NCBI GenBank assembly: GCA_035541455.1
Contig: DATKNH010000020.1
Coordinates: 4,985-68,984 of the forward strand
From: Syntrophorhabdales bacterium
GTDB taxonomy: Bacteria > Desulfobacterota > Syntrophorhabdia > Syntrophorhabdales > WCHB1-27
Direction of reading: 5' to 3'
Length of the DNA stretch: 64,000 bases
Part shown: positions 8,493-15,854 of the stretch, in pieces
How the letters are laid out: each line of letters starts with the position of its first letter
Position numbering within the stretch: the stretch's first letter is position 1
Translations under genes and position numbers: made by a program
Notes under the pieces: model-generated
What the model was told of the DNA's origin: nothing
The model's input: the letters and a program-made list of their open reading frames with translations, nothing else
The model's database searches: none

Positions 8493-10046
8493 ATGACTAT
8501 AGGGGATCTGCTCGCGAGAAACGCCAATAAATTTCCCGAAAAGCCTGCCATTGTCTCAGAAGAAGTCTCCATGAACTACCGCAGACTGAATGAGCGGGTG
8601 AACCGCCTCGCGAATGCTCTGGTTCACGCAGGACTCAAGAAGGGAGACAGAGTCGGAGCCCTCGTTCACAACTCCCACCAATTTCTTGAAATTTATTTCG
8701 CTGCGGCGAAGACAGGCGGTATTTTTTGCCCTTACAACAATCACCTGAAGGCGCCGGAGCTAAAAGAAGTAATCAACTACTCTACACCGAAGTTTCTTTT
8801 TCTTGACAGAGATTATGGCGAGATGATAGACGTGCTCAAACCCGATCTGGCGACCGTTGAGCGATACATCTGCCTGCAGCAGCCGGAGTCGCCCTTTATG
8901 GATTCGTACGAGCTCACGCTCGACGCGGCTGCCGGTAGCGAACCAGCTGGCATGGTGGGTGAAAACGATGTGTTGTCTATTTTTTTCACAGCCGGGACCA
9001 CCGGAAAGCCAAAGGGTGCGGTAAGGACACACCGGCACCTGCTGTCTGATGCGGCGGCAGGCGTTATCGAATTGAAGGTCGACTACGATGAGAGGGTGCT
9101 GATCACCTTTCCTCTTTACCATGTGGCTGGTGAAGACAACATCGTTCGTCACGTGTTCATGGCCAACACGTTCCATATCAAGCGGGAAGGGGGTTTTGAC
9201 CCGGTTGAGATCCTGTCCTACATAGCCCGGGAAAGGATAACCCGCTGTCAGATGGTGCCGACCATGATTCACAGCCTTCTTCAGGTTCCGGATGTCAGTA
9301 AATTCGACCTGGCAAGCCTGCGCCTGATCCTGTATGCTGCTGCGCCTATGCCGGTAGAACTGCTCAAGCGAGCTTTGGCGGTTTTCCCCTGCGGATTTGC
9401 GCAACTCTACGGCCAGACCGAAACAGGGCCCCTGACGACTGTACTCAGGCCGGAGGATCACATACTTGACGGGTCTGAAGAGAAACAGAAGAGGCTTGCC
9501 TCATCTGGAAGGGCGGTAGTCAATTACGAGGTCAGGATCGTGGATGATCATGACAATGATGTGCCTGTCGGGGAGGTAGGCGAGATTATTGTCCGCAGTG
9601 AAGCCATGATGAGGGAGTATTGGCAGATGCCTGAAGAGACGGCAAAGAAGCTGAAGGACGGCTGGCTGCATACTGGCGATTTGGGGCGGGTGGACGAAGA
9701 GGGGTACGTCTACATCGTGGAGAGAAAGAACGACCTCATCATCTCGGGAGGCGTGAACATATACCCGAGGGAAGTAGAGGAAGTGTTATATCGCCACCCG
9801 GCAGTTTCAGAGGCATCGGTTGTGGGCGTTGCCGATGAACATTGGGGGGAAGTGGTGAAGGCGGTAGTTGTCCTCAGGAATGGGTCCGAGGCGACCGAAT
9901 CGGAAATAAAGGAGTTCTGTGGACAACATCTTGCGGGGTACAAGAAACCGAAGAGCGTCGACTTCTGGAAGGAGCTGCCCAAGAGTCCTCAGGGGAAGGT
10001 TCTTAAGAAGGAGATACGTGCCCATTATGCAACACCCGTGAAGTGA
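8493..10046 (+). CDS. AMP-dependent acyl-CoA synthetase/ligase
   Basis: AGGAG RBS. AMP-binding motif FFTAGTTGKPKGAVRTH, plus ..GWLHTGDLGRVDEEGYVYIVERKNDLIISGGVNIYPREVE.. and a C-terminal ..GKVLKKEIR. Confidence 0.9.
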   Translation: MTIGDLLARNANKFPEKPAIVSEEVSMNYRRLNERVNRLANALVHAGLKKGDRVGALVHNSHQFLEIYFAAAKTGGIFCPYNNHLKAPELKEVINYSTPKFLFLDRDYGEMIDVLKPDLATVERYICLQQPESPFMDSYELTLDAAAGSEPAGMVGENDVLSIFFTAGTTGKPKGAVRTHRHLLSDAAAGVIELKVDYDERVLITFPLYHVAGEDNIVRHVFMANTFHIKREGGFDPVEILSYIARERITRCQMVPTMIHSLLQVPDVSKFDLASLRLILYAAAPMPVELLKRALAVFPCGFAQLYGQTETGPLTTVLRPEDHILDGSEEKQKRLASSGRAVVNYEVRIVDDHDNDVPVGEVGEIIVRSEAMMREYWQMPEETAKKLKDGWLHTGDLGRVDEEGYVYIVERKNDLIISGGVNIYPREVEEVLYRHPAVSEASVVGVADEHWGEVVKAVVVLRNGSEATESEIKEFCGQHLAGYKKPKSVDFWKELPKSPQGKVLKKEIRAHYATPVK

Positions 10047-10102
10047 GATCCCCGCTTCACTGCTGAAATGCGGTGAGCGGCAAAAAACAAAGAGGAGGGG
10101 TT

Positions 10103-11134
10103 ATGAAACAGGTTCGGATTTTTTGTTTTTTTCTTTTCCTGCTCTACGTGGTGTCAGGTATGTTCAGCCCAGCCGGCGCTGCAGAGACAAAAGTCATTAC
10201 CCTGAAAGTCGCCAACTGGTTTCCCATCACACATCAGCAGAACGTCCTTCTGGAGCAATGGGGTAAAGATCTGGAGAAGCGCACCGGCGGTAAGGTTAAG
10301 GTTAACTATTACGCCGGTGGCACCCTCGTGCCCGCCGCGCAGTGCTACGATGCCGTCGTAAAGGACATCGCCGATGTGAGCAACCATGTTCTTGGCTATA
10401 CCATGGGGAGGTTTCCTTTCTCTCAAGTTCTGGATCTTCCGATTGGGACCCCACCCGGTCCGGCCGCTACAAAAATTGCCAACCAGATGTATGCCAAGTT
10501 CAAACCCAAAGAATTCGATGACGTGCACGTGCTCTGGTTTCACGGGCAGCCTGGCGGTTACCTCCACACGAAGACCAAACCGGTTGAAAAACTGGATGAT
10601 GTGAAAGGGCTAAAACTGAGATGCTATGGATCGAATGCTAAATTCGTAGGTCTGATAGGAGGTACACCGGTGGCCATGCCTATGCCGGACGTCTATGACG
10701 CCCTTGCAAAAGGGGTTGTGGACGGCCTTATGTCCAGTTACGAGGCCCTGGAAGGTTTCAGGACGGGCGAGCACGTAAAGTACTCTACAGAGAACACCTC
10801 GACTGCATACTCCGCGACCTTTATTGTCGCAATGAACAAAAAGAAATTCGCCTCTCTTCCTAAAGATGTACAGGACATTATCGACAAGATGAGCCCCGAG
10901 TACATAGAGAAGTATGGCAAGATGTGGGCGGACATAGACATCTCGGGAAAAGACTGGCTCATTAAGAGAGGTGACAAGATTATCACGCTGAGCCACGAAG
11001 AAGATGCGCGCTGGTATGATAAGGGCGCTAAGCCTCTTGTTGATGAGTATGTGAAGGAGATGAAGGCAAAGGGAATGCCGGGTGATGAGGCTGTGAAGTT
11101 TCTCCTCGAATCCTTTAAACAGTACAGAAAGTAG
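10103..11134 (+). CDS. dctP: TRAP transporter substrate-binding protein (DctP family)
   Basis: The ATG at 10103 follows GAGGAGGGG. Signal peptide MKQVRIFCFFLFLLYVVSGMFSPAGAAE, and the protein has DctP-like length and composition. DctQ and DctM genes follow. Confidence 0.85.
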   Translation: MKQVRIFCFFLFLLYVVSGMFSPAGAAETKVITLKVANWFPITHQQNVLLEQWGKDLEKRTGGKVKVNYYAGGTLVPAAQCYDAVVKDIADVSNHVLGYTMGRFPFSQVLDLPIGTPPGPAATKIANQMYAKFKPKEFDDVHVLWFHGQPGGYLHTKTKPVEKLDDVKGLKLRCYGSNAKFVGLIGGTPVAMPMPDVYDALAKGVVDGLMSSYEALEGFRTGEHVKYSTENTSTAYSATFIVAMNKKKFASLPKDVQDIIDKMSPEYIEKYGKMWADIDISGKDWLIKRGDKIITLSHEEDARWYDKGAKPLVDEYVKEMKAKGMPGDEAVKFLLESFKQYRK

Positions 11135-11143
11135 TTTGCCGGC

Positions 11144-11174
11144 CCGATGGAGTGCGTGAGCCGCACTCCATCGG
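11144..11174 (+). other. Intercistronic 13-bp perfect hairpin between dctP and dctQ (no U-tract)
   Basis: ccgatggagtgcg (11144-11156), loop tgagc, cgcactccatcgg (11162-11174), followed by aaagac rather than a T-run. Confidence 0.6.
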
Positions 11175-11200
11175 AAAGACTAAATCAGCGGAGGTAAACT

Positions 11201-11689
11201 ATGCGCGCATTCATCAGTGCTACGTTTAAATCAAGCGGAGTGCTGAATACGGTGGGGGGAGTTGTCCTGGCATTGATGATGCTTCTTACCGTTCTTGACG
11301 TGATACTGCGATACGTGGGAAAAGCGATCACAGGCACCTTTGAGCTCATGTCCTTCGGAGGCGCTCTTGTGGCCGGTTTTGCAATTGCCCAGACCTCTCT
11401 TGACGGTGCGCATGTGAACGTGGACATGATCACCCATGCTCTCTCGAAGACGGGAAGGAGAATTCTGACGGTACTCACGAAACTCCTCGGGCTCGGGGTG
11501 TTCCTTCTCCTTGCGTGGTCGTTGTATCTGAAGGGGAATGATCTTTACAGTACAGGGGAGGTTTCCCTCACCTTGCACGTCCCTTTCTATCCTGTTGCAT
11601 ATGCCCTGTCTCTTTCGAGTCTGGTTGAATGTCTTGTCCTCGTAAGTGATATTCTCAAAGCGATCTTCAAGGGGGCCGAGCATGAATGA
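11201..11689 (+). CDS. dctQ: TRAP transporter small permease (DctQ family)
   Basis: GGAGG RBS. 162 aa with four hydrophobic segments, positioned between dctP and dctM. Confidence 0.8.
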   Translation: MRAFISATFKSSGVLNTVGGVVLALMMLLTVLDVILRYVGKAITGTFELMSFGGALVAGFAIAQTSLDGAHVNVDMITHALSKTGRRILTVLTKLLGLGVFLLLAWSLYLKGNDLYSTGEVSLTLHVPFYPVAYALSLSSLVECLVLVSDILKAIFKGAEHE

Positions 11690-12983
11690 GACTTTGGTAG
11701 GTATAGTCGGCTTGGTTGTGCTGCTGGGCCTTTTCTTGACGGGAATTGAGCTCGCCTTCGCTATGGCAGCGGTCGGTTTTGTGGGGTTCACCATACTCAA
11801 TGATTTCGATACGGCCGTCAGTTTGATGGCCAACGATTTTCTTGATTCCCTTGCCTCGTATGGCTTAACAGCCATACCCCTCTTTGTTCTTATGGGTCAA
11901 ATCGCATTCAATGCCGGAATTGCGAAAAGGTTGTACGACACGACGCATAAATTCCTGGGGCATATCCCTGGCGGGCTTGCGATGGCAACCGTCGCGGGAG
12001 CAACTGTCTTCAAGGCGATCTGTGGCTCGGTCGTCGCCACTTCCGCAACATTCGCGAGCGTTGCTATTCCGGAGATGGACCGCTTCGGCTACAGCAGAAA
12101 GCTCTCCACGGGAATAGTGGCTACGGTCGGGGTGCTGGGCGTGCTTCTCCCGCCGAGCGTAACACTCATAGTCTTTGGTATCATCACACAGCAGTCCATC
12201 GGACGGCTCTTCATGGCAGGCATCCTTCCCGGCCTGATCATGGCCTTCTTTTTTGCAGTGATCATTTTCGGATGGTGCAGAATAAACCCGTCGCTCGGTC
12301 CCAGGGGTGACAGGTATCCCTGGCCGGAGCGGTGGAAGGCGCTCCCGGATGTGATATGGCCCATTGTCATATTCATTCTTCTCATAGGCGGCCTGATGTA
12401 TGGCTTTTTCACGCCCACGGAAGCAGGCAGCATCGGTGCTTTTGCGGTTCTGGTCCTCTGTATGGCAAAACGTGACCTGGGGTTCAAGGGATTTACAAAG
12501 TCGATTCAAGAGGCCTTGCGGACCTCCTGTATGGTGCTTTTGCTGATCGGGTCTTCGGCGGTACTGGGCCATTTCATTGCGGTCACTAACATGCCCCAGG
12601 CCTCTGCAGACTGGATTGTCGGGCTGCCGCTGCCCAGAGCGGTGATAATGATCATCATTTTCCTGGTCTATCTCCTGGGCGGCTCCTTTATCGACGATCT
12701 GGCATTCATGATTCTCGCAACGCCGATCTTTTTCCCGATGATTCTAAAACTGGGTTACGATCCGCTCTGGGCAGGCATCATGGTGGCCTGCACGGTCTGC
12801 ATAGGGTCGGTTATCCCACCGGTTGCTATCTGTGTCTTTGTGGTTAAGAACATCACGAAGGCGCCCATGAACCTGATATACAAAGGCGTCTATCCATTCC
12901 TCGCATCGATGATCGTCTGCATGATACTCTTGTTTATATTCCCTGAGCTCGCCACCTACCTGCCGGCGGTGTTGATGAAATGA
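11682..12983 (+). CDS. dctM: TRAP transporter large permease (DctM family)
   Basis: The ATG at 11682 (MNETLVGIVG..) overlaps the dctQ stop. The protein is polytopic and highly hydrophobic, about 433 aa. The listed start at 11646 lies inside dctQ. Confidence 0.9.
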   Translation: MNETLVGIVGLVVLLGLFLTGIELAFAMAAVGFVGFTILNDFDTAVSLMANDFLDSLASYGLTAIPLFVLMGQIAFNAGIAKRLYDTTHKFLGHIPGGLAMATVAGATVFKAICGSVVATSATFASVAIPEMDRFGYSRKLSTGIVATVGVLGVLLPPSVTLIVFGIITQQSIGRLFMAGILPGLIMAFFFAVIIFGWCRINPSLGPRGDRYPWPERWKALPDVIWPIVIFILLIGGLMYGFFTPTEAGSIGAFAVLVLCMAKRDLGFKGFTKSIQEALRTSCMVLLLIGSSAVLGHFIAVTNMPQASADWIVGLPLPRAVIMIIIFLVYLLGGSFIDDLAFMILATPIFFPMILKLGYDPLWAGIMVACTVCIGSVIPPVAICVFVVKNITKAPMNLIYKGVYPFLASMIVCMILLFIFPELATYLPAVLMK

Positions 12984-13034
12984 GCGCGGCGTGCGATGTG
13001 TACTAACCTTGCGGTAAGGAGGCGGTAAAATCCC

Positions 13035-14120
13035 TTGAACAGTGAACGAGTAATAGCCTGCATGCAGTGCGGAAAATGCACAGGAAGCTGTCCTGAAGCG
13101 GGAAAGACACCTTTCAACATCAGAATGATCATACGGAAGAAGCAGTTTCAGCGCGCTGTTGAAGAGGCGTTGCCGTGGTATTGCACTTCCTGCAGCACGT
13201 GCACGATACGCTGCCCGCGGGACGTGAAGCCCTCGGAGGTCATCATCGATATGAGGTCTGTCCTGATCGAGGATGGTCGCATACCTGTGACTATCCAGAA
13301 GGCCCTTGAAAATACCTTCGTGCAGAAGAACCCCTGGGGGAAGCCAAGGAGCAAGCGCGCCGAGTGGATCGGAAAGCTTGATTTCGAGGTCCCTCACATC
13401 TCTGAGACAAAAGAAAAGCGGCTACTCTTCGCCTGTTGCATACAGGCATACGATCCAAGATGTATGGTGATACCCGTCAACGTGGCTCGGCTGCTTCACA
13501 GCACGGGCGTAGAGTTCGGCGTTCTCGGCGAAGAAGAGGCTTGCTGCGGAAACGAGATACGCAGGATGGGGGAGGTAGGACTCTTCGAAGAACTGCGAGA
13601 AGAAAACAGCGGTAATTTTGCAGAATATGGAGTCAAGGAGATTATAACCCTATCTCCGCACTGTATGAACACCTTCAGGAAGGAGTATGGAGATCTCGGC
13701 ATACGGATACTCCATTATTCCGAAAAGGTGAAAGAGTTGCTGGAAGGCGGATCTCTGAAGCCGGAACGCCGGTACGATAAGAAAGTGGTCTACCACGACC
13801 CCTGTTTTCTGGGTAAACAGAATGCGATCTTCGACGAGCCGAGAGTGTTGCTTGCCAAGGCTATCGGCTCGGACTTGCTGGAATTCACCCGTATGCGTGA
13901 GAATTCCCTTTGCTGCGAGGGTGGCGGGGGCAGGATGTTCTTCGATGTTGAGGCGACGTATCAGCGAAACAGCGAAGTGCGCGTAAAGGAAGCGCTCGAC
14001 ATGGGTGCCGAGATCATAGCTACGAGCTGTCCTTTCTGTGTCATGAATCTTGAGGATCCGGCAACTGAAAAGGGGCTCTCTGTAAAAGAAGTGTCTGAAA
14101 TACTGATGGAGGTCATCTGA
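13035..14120 (+). CDS. Soluble HdrD-like protein (2x[4Fe-4S] ferredoxin domain fused to two CCG domains)
   Basis: A TTG start is required. The first Cys of CMQCGKCTGSCP lies one codon upstream of the first ATG, and an in-frame TAA sits at 13026-13028. Second cluster CTSCSTCTIRCP. CCG motifs: ACCGNE, LCCEGGGG, SCPFCVMN. No hydrophobic segment is present. Confidence 0.85.
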   Translation: MNSERVIACMQCGKCTGSCPEAGKTPFNIRMIIRKKQFQRAVEEALPWYCTSCSTCTIRCPRDVKPSEVIIDMRSVLIEDGRIPVTIQKALENTFVQKNPWGKPRSKRAEWIGKLDFEVPHISETKEKRLLFACCIQAYDPRCMVIPVNVARLLHSTGVEFGVLGEEEACCGNEIRRMGEVGLFEELREENSGNFAEYGVKEIITLSPHCMNTFRKEYGDLGIRILHYSEKVKELLEGGSLKPERRYDKKVVYHDPCFLGKQNAIFDEPRVLLAKAIGSDLLEFTRMRENSLCCEGGGGRMFFDVEATYQRNSEVRVKEALDMGAEIIATSCPFCVMNLEDPATEKGLSVKEVSEILMEVI

Positions 14121-14121
14121 T

Positions 14122-14901
14122 ATGGAGATCGTGGTCTTTACGAAGAGAGTGCCTGTCACGCAGGAAGAGGAGCTTCGCATCCTGGGAGACGGTCAGTCTG
14201 TCAATTTGAGCAAGCTTCCCTTTCGGATGAACGACTGGGACAATTACGCAGTGGAGGAAGCAGTAAAGATTGTAGAAAAAGGTGGCGGCGGTGTTACAGG
14301 CATTGCGATAGGAGACAAGGAAGCAGACGAAGTCCTGAGACGCGCCATAGCCATGGGTGCGAAGGATGGAATACTCCTGGAAACTGAGGCTGCTCCGCAT
14401 GATCCTTTCGCGAGAGCAATGCTTGCCTATAACTTTCTCAAGAAAGAGAACATCTCCTTTGATGCGATCTTTACAGGTGTTCAGGCTGAGGATGACCAGT
14501 TTGCCGCATTCGGAGGCATACTGGCTGCTCTGCTCAAAGTTCCTTTCGCTGCGCAGGTTATAGGCACCGATACCGTTGAGAAGGATCATCTGGTAGTGCG
14601 CAGGGAACTGGAGGGTGGCTTGCAGGAACGTGTGAGGGTTTCCTTGCCCTGCGTGCTTTCGATACAGAGCGGCATCAATGAGCCTCGATACGTCTCGATC
14701 ATGGGCGTGCGCAAGGCGTCCAAGGTGGAGAGGAAGGTCTTGAAGGCGGCCGCTTATGCGGAGGATGCAAAAAGTCTGATTGAAGTGACGCAATGGGTTT
14801 ACCCTCCGAAGAAGGAAGGGGCTGCCATGATCACGGGAGACGTGGGCGAGGTTTGCGGCAAGCTCTTGGGGATACTGAAAGAGAAGGGGGTGTATCAATG
14901 A
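14122..14901 (+). CDS. etfB: Electron transfer flavoprotein beta subunit
   Basis: MEIVVFTKRVP..NDWDNYAVEEAVKI.. is a typical EtfB N-terminus. 259 aa. Starts 1 nt after the hdrD-like stop. Confidence 0.9.
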   Translation: MEIVVFTKRVPVTQEEELRILGDGQSVNLSKLPFRMNDWDNYAVEEAVKIVEKGGGGVTGIAIGDKEADEVLRRAIAMGAKDGILLETEAAPHDPFARAMLAYNFLKKENISFDAIFTGVQAEDDQFAAFGGILAALLKVPFAAQVIGTDTVEKDHLVVRRELEGGLQERVRVSLPCVLSIQSGINEPRYVSIMGVRKASKVERKVLKAAAYAEDAKSLIEVTQWVYPPKKEGAAMITGDVGEVCGKLLGILKEKGVYQ

Positions 14902-15854
14902 GTGATGGCCTGAGCGACGGGTATGTCCTCGTTGTTGCAGAAGTGAGGCGAGGTCTCTTTGAGGAGAGAAATCTCGACACTATAGGGCTTGGAAAATTTA
15001 TGCAGAAGCCCGTCTGTCTTCTGCTTCCTGAGAAAGTCAGCGGTGTTGACCATACAACGATAGGCAAGGTGATCAAGGCGGAGACTGAGGAAGGAAACTT
15101 TCAGAACCCCCTTACGATGGTGTCAATCCTCGGGAAGGTGTTTGAAAGCTACGGCCGGCCTGAGTACGTACTCTTTACTCATTCGTCGTCAGGCGCCGAG
15201 TGTGCGGCGTACGCAGCAGGCTCCTTTGCGCTGCCGCTCATTACGGATGTAAACGGGTGGGACAGAGATACGGGCACGTTTTTCAAGAGTTACTACTCTG
15301 ACAAAGTGTTCGCACAATGCAAGGCTGCAGCGCAGCCTTCTATTCTTACGGTCCGCAGTGGAAGCTTCAGGGAGCAGGTAACGCGTGAAGCGTCGGAGGC
15401 GGCTGTAGAGAGCATCGGTGCATTCGCCGCGACCGAAGGAAGAGCCTTCGTTGAATACGTGGAAGAAGCTGGAGGGGCTGTCGACATAACCAAGGCAGAC
15501 TTTCTCCTCTCGGTAGGAAGAGGCATAGGGAGCAAGGATGAAATCCCTCGTTTTGAAGAGCTTGCCCAGGCCATGAGGGCTGTGCTTTCCTGCTCAAGGC
15601 CCGTGGTGGATAAATTGTGGCTCCCCAAAGAACGACAGGTCGGTACGTCCGGCAAGACCGTGAAACCGAAAGTCTATCTGGCCATGGCTATAAGCGGGGC
15701 CTTCCAGCATATTGCAGGCATGAAGGATGCTGACTGCATAATTGCCGTAAACAAGGACCCTGAAGCTCCCATCTTTCAGTACGCGCATTTCGGGATCGTG
15801 GGCGACGTCAACAAGATGAGGGACAAGCTACTGGAACTGGCAAAGAACGCATGA
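14898..15854 (+). CDS. etfA: Electron transfer flavoprotein alpha subunit
   Basis: The ATG at 14898 overlaps the etfB stop (ATGA). C-terminal FAD-binding region ..VGTSGKTVKPKVYLAMAISGAFQHIAGMKDADCIIAVNKDPEAPIF.. There is no N-terminal ferredoxin domain. Confidence 0.9.
   Translation: MSDGLSDGYVLVVAEVRRGLFEERNLDTIGLGKFMQKPVCLLLPEKVSGVDHTTIGKVIKAETEEGNFQNPLTMVSILGKVFESYGRPEYVLFTHSSSGAECAAYAAGSFALPLITDVNGWDRDTGTFFKSYYSDKVFAQCKAAAQPSILTVRSGSFREQVTREASEAAVESIGAFAATEGRAFVEYVEEAGGAVDITKADFLLSVGRGIGSKDEIPRFEELAQAMRAVLSCSRPVVDKLWLPKERQVGTSGKTVKPKVYLAMAISGAFQHIAGMKDADCIIAVNKDPEAPIFQYAHFGIVGDVNKMRDKLLELAKNA

Noticed and set aside
8267-8572. ORFs 8267-8572(-), 8306-8530(+) and 8085-8312(-) in the gap between the ACAD and the CoA ligase.
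   Set aside because: They have no RBS, implausible composition, and overlap the ligase start or the promoter-like elements. The region is better explained as a long enhancer-dependent control region.
14113-14898. Long ORFs antisense to confidently assigned genes. Examples: 14113-14898(-) versus etfB, 273-977(-), 4137-4886(-), 8760-9461(-), 11231-11875(-), 16028-16663(-), 28195-28947(+), 32814-33713(+) versus lpxD, 36024-36686(+) versus bamA, 40001-40696(+) versus cheR, 48247-49131(-), 62544-63260(-).
   Set aside because: Each lies fully inside a gene on the other strand that has clear family motifs. Their translations are low-complexity or Arg/Ser/Leu/Pro-rich with no recognisable motifs or RBS. 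They are typical shadow ORFs of moderately GC-rich coding DNA.
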